Under the pieces are notes generated by a model. The model was not told where the DNA came from. It ran no database searches and saw only the letters and a program-made list of their open reading frames with translations. 64,000 nucleotides of DNA, taken from contig OX638154.1 of the NCBI GenBank assembly GCA_951804945.1, forward strand, positions 83,080,001 through 83,144,000, written 5' to 3'. Shown here piece by piece: positions 37,765 through 49,479 of the stretch; position 1 is the first letter of the stretch, and every line of letters begins with the position of its first letter. The stretch comes from Podarcis cretensis (lineage: Eukaryota). The translations under genes and the position numbers were made by a program.

Positions 37765-39954
37765 TCAATTTAGATTCTGTTCCATATTTACTCCCATCTT
37801 TCCTAAAGAGCAAGACAAAAAATACCTTCCAAGTTTGTCTCAGGTTTCTTATGTGCTTATGCAAATGTACTTCATCAGAATTTAAAAAATCCAATTAAAC
37901 AGAACTCAAAAATCTTTCCATCCACTATGCTTCCTTTTTTCTCGCTAGCTGTCATATTAAGATGTTCCCCTCTCCAGTTTGTGCTACAAACACAAGCATG
38001 GTCTCTTGGCTGCCTATACTTGTAACCATCTGTTGCAATGGCAACATGCCCAGTTGAAAGGAGCTTGCTTCATTTCTCAAAGACAGAGGTGCTAAGAAAG
38101 GTTTGGATGGACAGGTGACAGCTTTGACATCTCTCTACAGACAGGGTTTTCACCTTGAGGCATATTTTTCTCCCTGTCCTAGTTTGACAAGATTACATCT
38201 GTTGGCAATCAAGGTCCATAATTCCCCTCAACAAAGTGTTTCAGTATAGCAGAAGATCACCGGCATTTTCCTTTGCCAAGAGAAAGATTATTTCATAACC
38301 AGAACTCTGCCAAATAGCATATCCGAATACATATAGCTTCCAGACATACTGTTCTGATAATCTCATAGAACCATAAAGGATTCAGTCTGATGCTAAAAAA
38401 ACACAGTCAGTCCAATCACATCACTGGCTGCACATAGCCAATCAGGCTCAATGCAATTGCTAAAAGTGCCTAATGAGAAGCTCCGCAGCCATATTATGAC
38501 AGCAAGAGCAGTGGCAGGGGAAGAAAATAATTGCGAGGAGAGGAGGGCTGATGTCCGAGTCTCCAGCTGGAATGGGTATGGCTTGAAATACAGACTTCTG
38601 CCCCTCCCCAAGCCCATGCCAAGTCAAGCCCAGGCATCTCCAGAGTTCAGACACAACTTAGCATGAGTTCATTTGTGTTCCCAGCCATAAGAGCTGGTTG
38701 CCAGTGCTGATTCTATCCCTGACCCACACTTAACTAGCAGCAGTGAGAGCTTGTGGCTCAAGTCTCCATTAGGCTTTACCATGCTACCAAGGGCTATTTG
38801 TTTTAATGGAAAGAGACAACTATGTATACATTGTTCCCAGACGTGAATTTGATAGGCTTGCCTTTAGATGTCAGGTGAACCAAATTACTTCCCCATCCCT
38901 ACTGATGAGGCAATGGAAGGTGATGAGAGAGGATTCCCATTCATGGGGAGGAGAGATTCCACAGTGTCGCAATACAAAGGCAGAACCACTAACAGGAGGA
39001 GAAAATCACCTTGTCTGCATAGCACAATCACCTAAGGACAGGAGCAGTGCCTTCTACTACACCAGGGGTAGTGAACCTGGCTGTGGACCTCCAGGTGTTG
39101 CTAGACTCCAACTCCCATCAGCCCCAGTCAGCGTAGCCGATGGATGATAAGAGCTAAGAGTCCAGCAGCATCCCCTGGTCTACCTAATCTGGAAACTTCA
39201 AGACTTCAGGAAGTGCTAGTTGGTATTATTCCATTAGGGGGAAGCAGAAGAAGAACCTTCCTTTTCCACGATACCCAGTCAGTATAGAAAGCCTACCACT
39301 GGTAAATATCACATTTTAAAATTAAAAAAAAAAAAGGAGTATGCTAAGACAACAGCAGGAAAACCATTTGCGCTTTCTGATACACCCTCAGGTCATTTTC
39401 CAAAACATAAATGAAAATGCTGGGGATGTTTCTTTTGTCCAAAGCAGCGCTAAGTAGCTTTTGGGGCTAATTAGTTGCCTAGGTAAAAAAAAAAAACCCA
39501 AACCACCCTACAGTAATTTTCCCATGTGCTTGGAAATGCTTAGATAGGCTTTTTTCACCTTCCAGTGTAGTCTTAGAGAACAGCAGTAAATCAGCAGGGT
39601 TATGGAAAGAGCTAACTTTCAACAGAAACCCATTAGACATACCCATGTGATGTATCTCACTGCTTTTACTGTAATACTTTCCAGACAGTGCTTTTTAGTT
39701 CCTGGTTCATTAGGTATTATATATCCAGTCCTTGGGCAAGAAACATGCTGTGGGAAATGCCTTGCTCGGCCTGGCCCTGTTTCAGCTCCATGCGTGCACA
39801 GCGACAAAGGCTGGATACAGGTTGTTCCAGCCAGATACTCGGCAACAGCACTAATCAGTTGTTTGGCAGGGGACAGGACGGAGAGTAAGTCAGCCTCCAT
39901 CTCCCCATCCTAAACTCCATCAGTCTGATGGAGGCTATGTATGCACAGCTCTGG

Positions 39955-40095
39955 CTGGGGAAAGGCTCTAGTTCAGTTGTAGAGCAACTGATTTGGGCAC
40001 AGAAGGTCCCAGACTCAATCCCAGGCATCTCCTGGTATGTCTCCTGCCTAACCATGGAGATTTGCTGCCACCCAGGTAGATGGTGGAACAGTGCC
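39955..40095 (+). mobile_element. Old tRNA-derived SINE head
   Basis: TAGTTCAGTTGTAGAGCA..CAGAAGGTCCCAGACTCAATCCCAGGCATCTCC (A and B boxes); reverse copies near 15595, 36280, 40370, 57350. Confidence 0.65.
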
Positions 40096-41276
40096 CTGGC
40101 TCTACATAATGCAGATTCCTATGTTCTGTTTGGGCTGGGGAATTGCACACAAAATGTGTACATGTGCGCACCTGATTCCTGTTTCTTCATTACATTTCTC
40201 TTTAACTATCCATTACGATCAGAAGCCTGTGTTTTCTGACCGTGTAGTTTTATTAGAGTTTAAAAAGAAGAATACAAATATTGTTGTCAAATATCTTTGG
40301 GTCCAAACTAAAACATTAATTCAGACATCCAAGCCAAGCCATCATCATGTAAGAATAATATATTTGAGGAAACTGGTAGGGACATCAAACCTGGGACTTT
40401 TTGTGTAGCAAAGCATGTGCTCTATCCCTGAGTCACAGCCCTTTCCCCTGCACCAGTGGGTGGTGATTGCAGGTCAAATCACTAGCTGGGAAGCTTTTTA
40501 AAAAGTTTTCAATCTGTATTGGCTCTCCACTGGCTTTTGAAGATGCACCCAGACATGCACAAACCTCAGAACCACTACACTTGCAGTAGCTCTGGAACTC
40601 AGTCTTTCATTCAGAAATTAGTTTTGGGAACAGATTTGCCAATGGACTTGAGGTTTTAGAAGTCTGCAGAGGAAATGAATGGAAAAGGCAGCAAAAAGGC
40701 AAGAAGCGAGTTTACATGGTGCTGTAGCACTAAGATGAATTTAAAACAAATGTTAACTAACATCTAGCTGTGCCATCCCATTTGAGTCTCCATAAAAAAC
40801 ACACCTCTATTTTCAACAGAGATCCATGGTCCAGTAACCACTTTCCACACTTTCCATTGAAGAAGGTATGGATGGGGGTGGAGGCAGCTCAGAGCTCAGA
40901 TTAGAACATTCAACAGAGTACAAGAGCTGAATGTGGTTGCTGAACCACAGAACTGGGAGGACGGGAGTGGGGTGGTTGCAGTCCTGTGCACAGCCTGGCA
41001 AAGCAAGGGTTTCAGCAGGCTAAAGAGGGGACTGAAAAGCATAAGGCTGCATATCTTTTGGAAGTACCCCACCACCACCACCACCAAAGCACAATACAGT
41101 TTATTTGCTCTTCCTACAGAAAGCCCTGCAATGGGGCCTTCTGGGTGTGGGGATTCTGTGCATCCTAAGCTGGCCTCACTGCCATCAGTTGATGAAATTG
41201 GGCATGATGTGCAGAATGTGTCATGCAATAGGGTTTCCCATGTCAACATAAGCAGGAGGAGTATTGCATCCTGTAC

Positions 41277-41434
41277 CAGTGCTTTTTTTTTCTAAAAATA
41301 AATAAATAAATATTTAGGGCTACTCTCATTTTCCTACTCGTATTGAAATACTGCCACTCAATGAGGCCAAACTTAGATTCACAAAATCTTTAGGGGTATG
41401 CGTACCCCTGCGTCCCTGCAGAAAAAAAGCACTG
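41277..41434. mobile_element. hAT-like MITE
   Basis: TIR CAGTGCTTTTTTT..CT / AGAAAAAAAGCACTG; TSD not clean. Confidence 0.75.
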
Positions 41435-43921
41435 TCATTAGAAAATGCTATAGGGTTCCTTAGCGTCTCTCTTTTCACTCTCTGAATTAGAAAACATTTA
41501 GGATGAGAGCTACTAACATGCCCACTCATGTCACCCTCTTTCCCCGTGAAACAATGGGGTGGCTCTAACAAACTTGAATTACCTCACAGCAGTACCGTTT
41601 CTAGGGATGTGGTGCATAGCCCTTTTGTTGTTGTTGTTTGTTTTGCATGCATTGGGTTGAGTTCAGCTAGCAGTTTCCTTAACAGAATCTCTAAAAGGCT
41701 GCTGTGCTGAGGTCACTTCCTGCTTATTGAAGGCAATAATGGTGCATCCCTGAGAACGTCTGCAGCCAAAAACCAATTCTGCCCAAACATAAACTTCTTC
41801 ATCAAAAGAATGCAAGCTGAATATAAACATTAACTCATACAATAGCTATTTGCTGAACATTTGACAGGTCAACAGATTTAGCTGAAATAGCAATAATTCT
41901 CCACACATCGTCAAAGCTGCATCATATGTTTCTTTTGCATGATAGAATTGCAATAGTCATATTTTGAACTTCCTTGATGCTGCCATTTGTTCTGATCTGA
42001 TAGGAAGATGAGTGCATTCATTTCCCTTGGGGGTGGAGGGTGGGAAAGAAAGCCTGATGAAGAAGTTGGATTAGATTGTGTTCTGTACTACCAATCATCT
42101 GTTCAGGGGGAAGGAAAGAGAGAGAAGAGGGCAGCTCCTGAACAGATGATCAGTAATATGTAGTCTCTGCTCCTTGAGCAGGTTTTTTTAACCCAGGGAA
42201 ATGTCCCCACTAAGCTGATTTGCAGATGCTTTGTTTTGCTATTGGAAAGGGGAAATTGCATCCTGTATCTATACACACGTGTATAGATATATTTCTTATT
42301 GCACTAAATAAGGCCAAGTTTATCCTGGCCATGACTGTATAGAAGGAGAAAACAGACTTTGGAAATCCATTTAACAGTCTTGTGCAAACTCATCCAGGAA
42401 ATTTGAGGTACGGCAGTCTCGTCTCAACTTAAAAAGGAGCTCTCTATATATTCTCTCCCACATACAATGAAAAAAAGAAAACAAATGCCTTTCCAAGCCA
42501 AATCAGGACAACTGTTAACCGAAAAAGGAAAAAAGAAAATCCTCACAAAAGGAAATTAATGTGCATGGGAAACTGCACACAGGACACTGTGTGATGCCTT
42601 AAGTTTGTTGTGTGCTGATTTTCACGTCTCCATCCTGTTTCCTACAGTATTATTTCTGCTAGGTTGCTCCTGTGTCTTCGCCTACTCACCCTTTCCCAGA
42701 ATCTGATTCCAGTTCCCACTGTCTAGAAAATGGGATTGCCAAGATATTAGTTAAATCATCCGAACCTAAACATGAAGTCAGGATGAGAATATTTGCTTCG
42801 GGGATAATAATGAGGAAAGCAGTTGTACTCCTGTGTGGTTGATTTACAGAACAGATGAAGGCATTATGACTTATAAAAACCAAACTAGGTACCTCTCTTC
42901 TAGAAATAAGAGATTGTTCCATTAGCAAAACTGTGGAGATCTTGCAGTCCAGAAGTGAGGAGAAAGTATGTTTTAAGTAACCCATTACTTTTTGGTTTGA
43001 CGTTGGTGCTTAACTTTTTGTAAACCCAAATGTGTGTCCTGTTGGCACATACTGAAGTAAAGCGGTCACAATGTAGAGATTGTGGGATTGTCAATATTAA
43101 GGCCATTCTCTGTTGTTTTTAGACACATCTGTTTGCTTTTTAAACAGTTTATTTTATTACTTTACTGTTGTGTGTTTTATTATTTATGCTCCATATCCTA
43201 CCCTGGGATAAAAGGCAGAATACGTATATTGTTTAATGAATTAAGCTAGAGAGGCATGTGTGCTCTCGCATGTCTGTGTAGCACACTCTGCTGAAATTAA
43301 CGTGAAAGATGTTGCAACCAATAAACTTCTGTGCATGCATTGGAGCTTGTGACCTAGAAGAGATAAGAGGATAATCATTATTTATATACTGTACTGCCCA
43401 TTTGGAGTTGCTCGTTACAGAAAATTTCTCCGGGAAGCAAGATTAGATCAGCCAGACCCAGTGGAATCTCTGTGGATAATTTTGTTCTGTTTGCAATCTC
43501 TGCACTTCCTCAGGCAGGTCAGTTAGCAGTAGCCCCCACGCATGTGCTTGTTCTGAAATCAGCATGGATCACCAGCATCCCATCTCTGTAGGATTGCCAT
43601 GCACACATGCATTATTAGTTGGAGAGCTTTATTTCAACAGTGCACTCCATTTTCAGAAAGCAAGTAAACATACTTCAGGTGCCACCAGAATAATCTTTTG
43701 GGTCAATAATAGGCTCCCCGGCAGTAGGAAACGATGAACATGCACACTGATTTGCTGATCCTACTTGATCAGTGCATATTCATGTCAAGCACTTTCACAT
43801 CTGGTGCACAACTGCCAGCTTCCTTCAGAATTCAGATTTTTTTTAAATTAACGGTGGTAACAACATAAAGAGTTAATGTGACTAAATTGCACTGCTCTTC
43901 TACACATTTTATTTATTGCTT

Positions 43922-43985
43922 AACAACAAAACAACAACAACAACAACAACAACAACTAATAATAATAATAATAATAATAATAATA
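43922..43985. repeat. Compound (CAA)n(TAA)n microsatellite, probable L2 tail
   Basis: direct reading; adjacent to the reverse L2. Confidence 0.9.
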
Positions 43986-44009
43986 TACCAATCTGGACAT
44001 CTCCCAATA

Positions 44010-44355
44010 CAGTGGTGCCTTGCAAGACGAAAAGAATCCGTTCCGCGATTCTCTTCGTCTAGCGGTTTTTTCGTCTTGCGAAGCAAGCCCATTGATGGCT
44101 TAGCGGATTAACGCTATTAGCGGCTTAGCGGCTTTTAGCGGCGCTTAGCGGCTTAGCGGATCAGCTGATAAGCGGCTTAGCGGCTTAGAAAAAAGGGGAG
44201 AGGAAAAAAAACCCCGCAGGAACTCACAAGACATTTTCGTCTTGCGAAGCAAGCCCATAGGGAAATTCGTTTTGCGAAGCGCCTCCAAAACGGAAAACCC
44301 TTTCGTCTAGCAGGTTTTCCGTCTTGCGAGGCGTTCGTCTTGCGGGGCACCACTG
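44010..44355. mobile_element. Tigger/mariner-type MITE with internal (CTTAGCGG)n, nested in an L2 3' end
   Basis: TIR CAGTGGTGCC..GCAAGACGAA / TTCGTCTTGCGGGGCACCACTG; TA TSD; repeated TTCGTCTTGCGA subterminal motif. Confidence 0.92.
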
Positions 44356-44357
44356 TA

Positions 44358-44695
44358 AAAGATTAAAAGCACAATGAAAGATTAACTATTCAAAACTTCC
44401 CTCTACAGAGCTGCCTTCAGATGCCTTATAAAAGTCAAATTGTTATTTATCTCCTTAACATCTGATGGGAAAGCATTCCATAAGGTGGATGCCACTATCG
44501 AGAAGGCCCTCTGCTTCCCTGTAGCTTCGTTTCTCACAAGGGGGAACTGGCAGAAGGCCCTCGGAGCTGAACCTCAGTGTCCAGGCTGGATGATGGGGGT
44601 GGAGAAGTTCCTTCAGATATACAGGACTGAGGCCGTTTAGGGCTTTAAAGGTCAGCACCAACACTTTGAATTGTGCTCGGAAATGTACTGGGGTA
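44358..44695 (-). mobile_element. L2 LINE 3' fragment
   Basis: VLVLTFKALNGLSPVYLKELLHPHHPAWTLRFSSEGLL; homologous to 58761-59228. Confidence 0.9.
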
Positions 44696-44918
44696 ATGGT
44701 ATCTACCCAGTGTAATACAGTGGTATTTCATATTGAAAAGCACCATCTTCCTACCTATGGTCTTCCCTGCAGAATATTTCATATTATATTCGGATAACAA
44801 AATTTCTTACAAAAGATTTTATTTGGAAAATCCTACACTGTTTGCAAATTAGGAAATGGCAGGTGTGATAATTTGGTCCTTTGGTTGCTGATATAACAAG
44901 TTGCATGTATTTTCTCAG

Positions 44919-45018
44919 ATTGCAGCAATATGATGAACGTGCAGTGCAAGAGAATCTTCAAGACAGCATGAAGTTGAAACCAGGAAAAATGGCAAATATG
45001 AAATAAGGAAAATGTGAG
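44919..45018 (+). other. Candidate spliced exon (100 nt, stops in all frames)
   Basis: Branch-like GCTGAT, acceptor TGTATTTTCTCAG|, donor GAG|GTACGT, GAA-rich body. Confidence 0.45.
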
Positions 45019-45361
45019 GTACGTCTCTACCTGCCACTAAAGGTGAGGTTGGTGTAGACTGATGTCAGCTGAATGAAAAACAAATGGGCTTGCAAAACAC
45101 TTTCCATTCTCTTTTACTTCTCTACCTATTCCTACGTTTGCCTATGGCCATTCACTTTGTCAAAACCTTCCAAATATCTGATACCTGGATTTTTCATCGG
45201 CGTTTTTGAAAACTGAACGCAGCAACCAACGACAAACCAATCTGATATGTAGAACAGAATAGACACCATTCTTGAAAAAGGGATGTGTAACTGAGTGAAT
45301 GGAAATTTTGAAACCAGTTGTAGTAGTGCAGATGTTAATGTTGTTGGGTTTTTTGTGTGCA

Positions 45362-45520
45362 AGAATATAAATATAAGAAAAGCACTGCTGGATCAGGCCA
45401 GTGGCCCTTTGAGTCCAGCATCTTGTTCTCATGGAAGCCAACCAGATGCCCATGGGAAGTACAGAAGCAGGACATGAGCTGAACATCACTCTCCTCACCT
45501 GTGATTCCCAGCAACTGGTA
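45362..45520 (-). mobile_element. CR1-type 3' tail
   Basis: ATAAGAAAAGCACTGCTGGATCAGGCCAGTGGCCC..GTCCAGCATCTTGTTCTC; similar piece at ~23320-23410. Confidence 0.7.
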
Positions 45521-45562
45521 GAGTCTTACACATTGTAATAGAAACAAAGAAACAAACAAAAA

Positions 45563-45920
45563 GGGACACGGGTGGTGCTGTGGGTTAAACCACAGAGCCT
45601 AGGTCTTGCCAATCAGAAGGTCAGCAGTTCGAATCCCCATGACGGGGTGAGCTCCCGTTGCTCAGTCCCAGCTCCTGCCAACCTAGCAGTTTGAAAGCAC
45701 GTCAAAGTGCAAGTAGATAAATAGGTACCGCTCCGGCAGGAAGATAAACGGCATTTCCGTGCGCTGCTCTGGTTTGCCAAAAGCAGCTTAGTCATGCTGG
45801 CCACATGACCTGGAAGCTGTACGCTGGCTCCCTCGGCCAGTAAAGCGAGATGAGCACCACAACCCCAGAGTTGGGTCACGACTGGATATAATGGTCAGGG
45901 GTCCCTTTACCATTACCTTT
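45563..45920 (+). mobile_element. Full-length Sauria SINE (Squam1, lacertid subfamily)
   Basis: GGGACACGGGTGGTGCTGTGGGTTAAACC head, GTTCGAATCC B box, BovB-related 3' end, (ACCTTT) tail; 13-bp TSD AAACAAACAAAAA. Confidence 0.96.
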
Positions 45921-46234
45921 AAACAAACAAAAATAGTTCAAATGCATGGTTTCCAAACTGATCAAAATAATATTTAGGAGCAACCCAGTTTCAGCCTTGC
46001 TGTGCAGCAGTGGCCTTTTCCCAAAATGGCTGCTTCGGTGATGGAAACTGCAAAAATGCAATATATAATATTCCCAAAAGAGCCCCAGGGCGGCAAACAA
46101 CAAACTACCAAAAAAACCACACGTTTTATAATAATATAAAGACATTAGGAGCATCTAAAAACATGTAAAATTTATAAATGAAGTTATTCCGATGTAATAC
46201 CAGCCTTTCAGATGTAATAAGATGTAGAATAATA

Positions 46235-47370
46235 ACATATGTTCTTTTGGTGCTTTATTCTTTGAGGGTGTATTCGCATGAGTGCACTGCATACCAAAAT
46301 TTCATCAGTGACATTGACATGTACATGACCACAGATGTCTTCATTGCAATTCATTCTTCTGACGCGGACATTTTCCAGAACAGTCTGTTTTACATCCACA
46401 GTAATCACTTCATAGCAAAAATCCTAAACCTGTGAAAGAGTAATCCAGTGTGGTTTCCATCCCGTTGCTCCAATTATAACCCCTGTGCTGACAGAGGTTG
46501 CAAGTAACCACTTCTTCACCCCCATACACATAGCTGTCAACGTTTCCCTTTTTTTTAAGGGAAATTCCCTTATTCCAAATAGGATTCCTCGCAAGAAAAA
46601 GGAAAAGTTGACAGCTATGCCCATACATGAATAGCCTAGTAGACGGCAATGCATGATATGTTATTGTAACATTTCTTTTATGGATTGAATGTATTTGATG
46701 GAACTATCATGTGAAAAGCAGCACTTGCATCTCTTCATTCAGTGATATATATTCACCACAGTTGTACATCAGTGCAACCTACCTAAAAACATGTATTGAA
46801 CTCCATGAGTTTCAACACTGAAAATATGAGTGTGTCTGAAATCCTGAAGACTGACTACATGTCCCATGCTGTGAGGTCCTGCTTCCTGCAAATGATGACA
46901 TGGCGTCGCAAGCTATGGATTCATGAAAGAGAATCAATGCCTTGGTCATCTTCTCATCAGGTTTCATAGCAATATCACAAACATCTCTGTGTAAAGTGCT
47001 TTGCCAGACCAAAGCCACAGCTTAACAGAAATCTGCAAAAAGAATAAAATGGCGAGGGCTTCAGCGTAAGATTCAAGAGTCCTGATCTGTTTTCTCAAGC
47101 AGTTATCAGTGAAAGCAGCATCTTACATGAGGAACATTATTCTTGATTGCATTTCTTCATGGTTGTATGGGGTGACAGTACTAATGTCAAAATGATGGAT
47201 GGTGGAAATTGCTGGCTAATCAAGATTATTTTGTAGATACACCTTGAGATAATCTCTACAAGAACTTTGAACAATTCAGTCTTGTTTTCAAAATCCATAG
47301 CAGTTGATGGACAGAGGTGTCTCATACTCGCATCACATTCCATGCAGCATTGGTTGACTAGTATGCATGA
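46235..47370 (-). ncRNA. Putative spliced lncRNA: exons 47370-47127, 47032-46783, 46429-~46235
   Basis: Donors CAT|GTAAGA and TAG|GTAGGT; acceptors CATTTTATTCTTTTTGCAG| and TTACTCTTTCACAG|; AATAAA at 46259-46254 followed by U-rich sequence; no long ORF. Confidence 0.45.
46529..46619. mobile_element. 91-bp hAT MITE
   Basis: TIR CATAGCTGTCAAC...GTTGACAGCTATG; perfect 8-bp TSD CCCATACA. Confidence 0.93.
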
Positions 47371-47689
47371 CTAGAAAACCAGTTCAGCATACCCATGACA
47401 CTTAAGAGCAGTCCCAGTGTTGAGTATACTTATCTATCCAGGACCATCAATAGCTACTGCATTAACATCAGGGCAAGTGTTACCCGTATTTGAAAAATAA
47501 AGACACTTCACCATCAGCCTAAACCTGAGTTCTCCAAATACTAAAATAGGTGGTGATCTCTGCTGTCTTTATGTGACAAATTACTGGTAATTGCATATTA
47601 TTTCCATGACTTGGCAATGACTGCTGGGGCTCAACAGGGTAAATGGAATATGGGGGTGCTCTGTGAGACGCAAGTATAGCAGGCAGCCA

Positions 47690-48130
47690 AGGTAGTTCAC
47701 TGACGACCTTTCAGTGTATGGCCAGTGACACCCATATATATATAACCCCTTTAATAGGGGGACCCTGGAATCGCCGCCGCTGGGGGGTGGGTAACCACTT
47801 CACACTCCCCCCCATATGGGGAAGAAAAGGCTGAAGGATTACACCCAAGGCCATAACGAACAAAGTTGTGACGAATTGCTACGGGGAAGACAAAAGCTGC
47901 CAATGCAGGAAAATTTCTTCCTGGTCCTTCAACAGCAACCAGTCAAAGACCGTAGCAGCGCCTGCTAAACAGGAAGAACAAGTTAACCTGCAAACAAGAA
48001 ACATTAAACAAAGGGAGGGTAGGGAGGAGGAATCTCCAGAGCCGACTGCCTGGCTATTGTCGGCTCCACCCCCTATTTATAAATGGGGCTGGCCCCACCT
48101 CCCAGCAAGGAACTTGGTTACTGAGGCTGG
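47690..48130 (-). mobile_element. DIRS/Ngaro-like terminal-repeat remnant with TATA box
   Basis: Shares AAGTTGTGACGAATTGCTACG and GGAAAATT.CT.CC.GG.CC.T..AAC.GCAACCA with 32.9-33.6 kb; minus-strand TATAAATA at 48081-48074. Confidence 0.6.
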
Positions 48131-49017
48131 TCATGAACCTCCAAAAATTAACACTGAGAGGCAAGCCAGCCCCTGTTTGCCAGTAAGCTCCCTGGGAACT
48201 GTAGCACCATGCGCGATCCCGCAAAGGGCACCCACAATGTAAAGTGTGAGTGCTCATTATATCAATCGGTTTGTGGTTTCTTATTTTCATTTCTATTGAT
48301 ACAGCTTCAGATGCAATGCTGCTGTGCTTTCTCTGCATCGTACAGTTGAATCATAGGCACTGCAAAATGATGAATGCTGAACACCAAGAATCATCTTCTG
48401 TGATACTACTCACGCCTTACAAAGCCATCTCTATGAGGGCTGTGAATACAGTGTATTTCCACAGTCTGGTATAAATCAGATTTTCCCAACTTGGTGGTGT
48501 TTTGTGCTGCAACTGAAACTCCCATCAGCCCCAACCACCATCGCCAAAGGTCAGGAATGATGAAAGTTGACTTCCAATTATATTTGGAACACACCTGCTT
48601 AGAGGAGGCTAGTATAAATGGATCACTAAAGGAGTTTTGGACAAGCATCACAACACACTATTTTATCGGTTTCTGCTAGATGCTGTGCTTCCTGTTCACA
48701 CGCACATTTGAGATTGTTTCCCCAATATCACAGATTCCAAGAGCACATACCATCTTTGAGACTGTGCAGCAAACCAGGAATAATTGAAATTAGTTTATTC
48801 TTGTAATACATAGCAATGTAGTTGCTTATCCTGTCCACACCTTGTTCTTTGAATTGGACTCCCCCCCCCCACCAAGACCGGCCACATAAAGTGCCATTTC
48901 TGTGTCCGTTGTTTGAGACGTATGACATCTCTATAGAATTTTGTAATGCAGTCAAGATGATAAATGGCACGATTTGCCACTAATTGCAACCTGATGGGAA
49001 CTTTGATGTCCCTCAGC

Positions 49018-49423
49018 TAGGTGGGGAGTAAATTTGGTTCAGTTCTCATTTCCCGAAACAATATGCCAACCAAAGAGCAGCTACTTATTTGAAATTTACA
49101 CTTTCTGAATTTTGTGGTTCAGTTCTTGAACAACACAATGCTGGAAAAATGTTATATTAGAGGAGAAAGTGATATATAAAATACATGTGTTAGTGAAGAT
49201 AACATATAAAGTGCATTAAATCAGGGGAAATTGTTTTCCAAAATGTGAATATCAGGCAAAACAACATGCATAAGTGTACATATTAGGAGAAAAGTGTACT
49301 AAAATGCTGGTGATTTTCATGAGGGCTTTAAAGAAAATCACAAGCTAATGCAGTGAACTGTACTTAAGGTTGGCAAAATGAGAAAACGAGAGAAATTGAA
49401 AATGGCACATTTGTCCATCCGTA
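49018..49423. mobile_element. Old AT-rich non-autonomous DNA transposon (probably hAT)
   Basis: TAGGTGGGGAGTAAATTTG...ATTTGTCCATCCGTA termini; related pieces at ~20660-20975, 31290-31392, 59460-59592. Confidence 0.55.
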
Positions 49424-49479
49424 CCCTCAACTCTGTCATAACCTTTCGGACTTGATCGTTAAGATTGAACCTCAGTGCT

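Noticed and set aside
40813-41295. Overlapping 117-120-aa ORFs
   Set aside because: No recognisable domain, no coherent splice signals, and ORF lengths within chance expectation.
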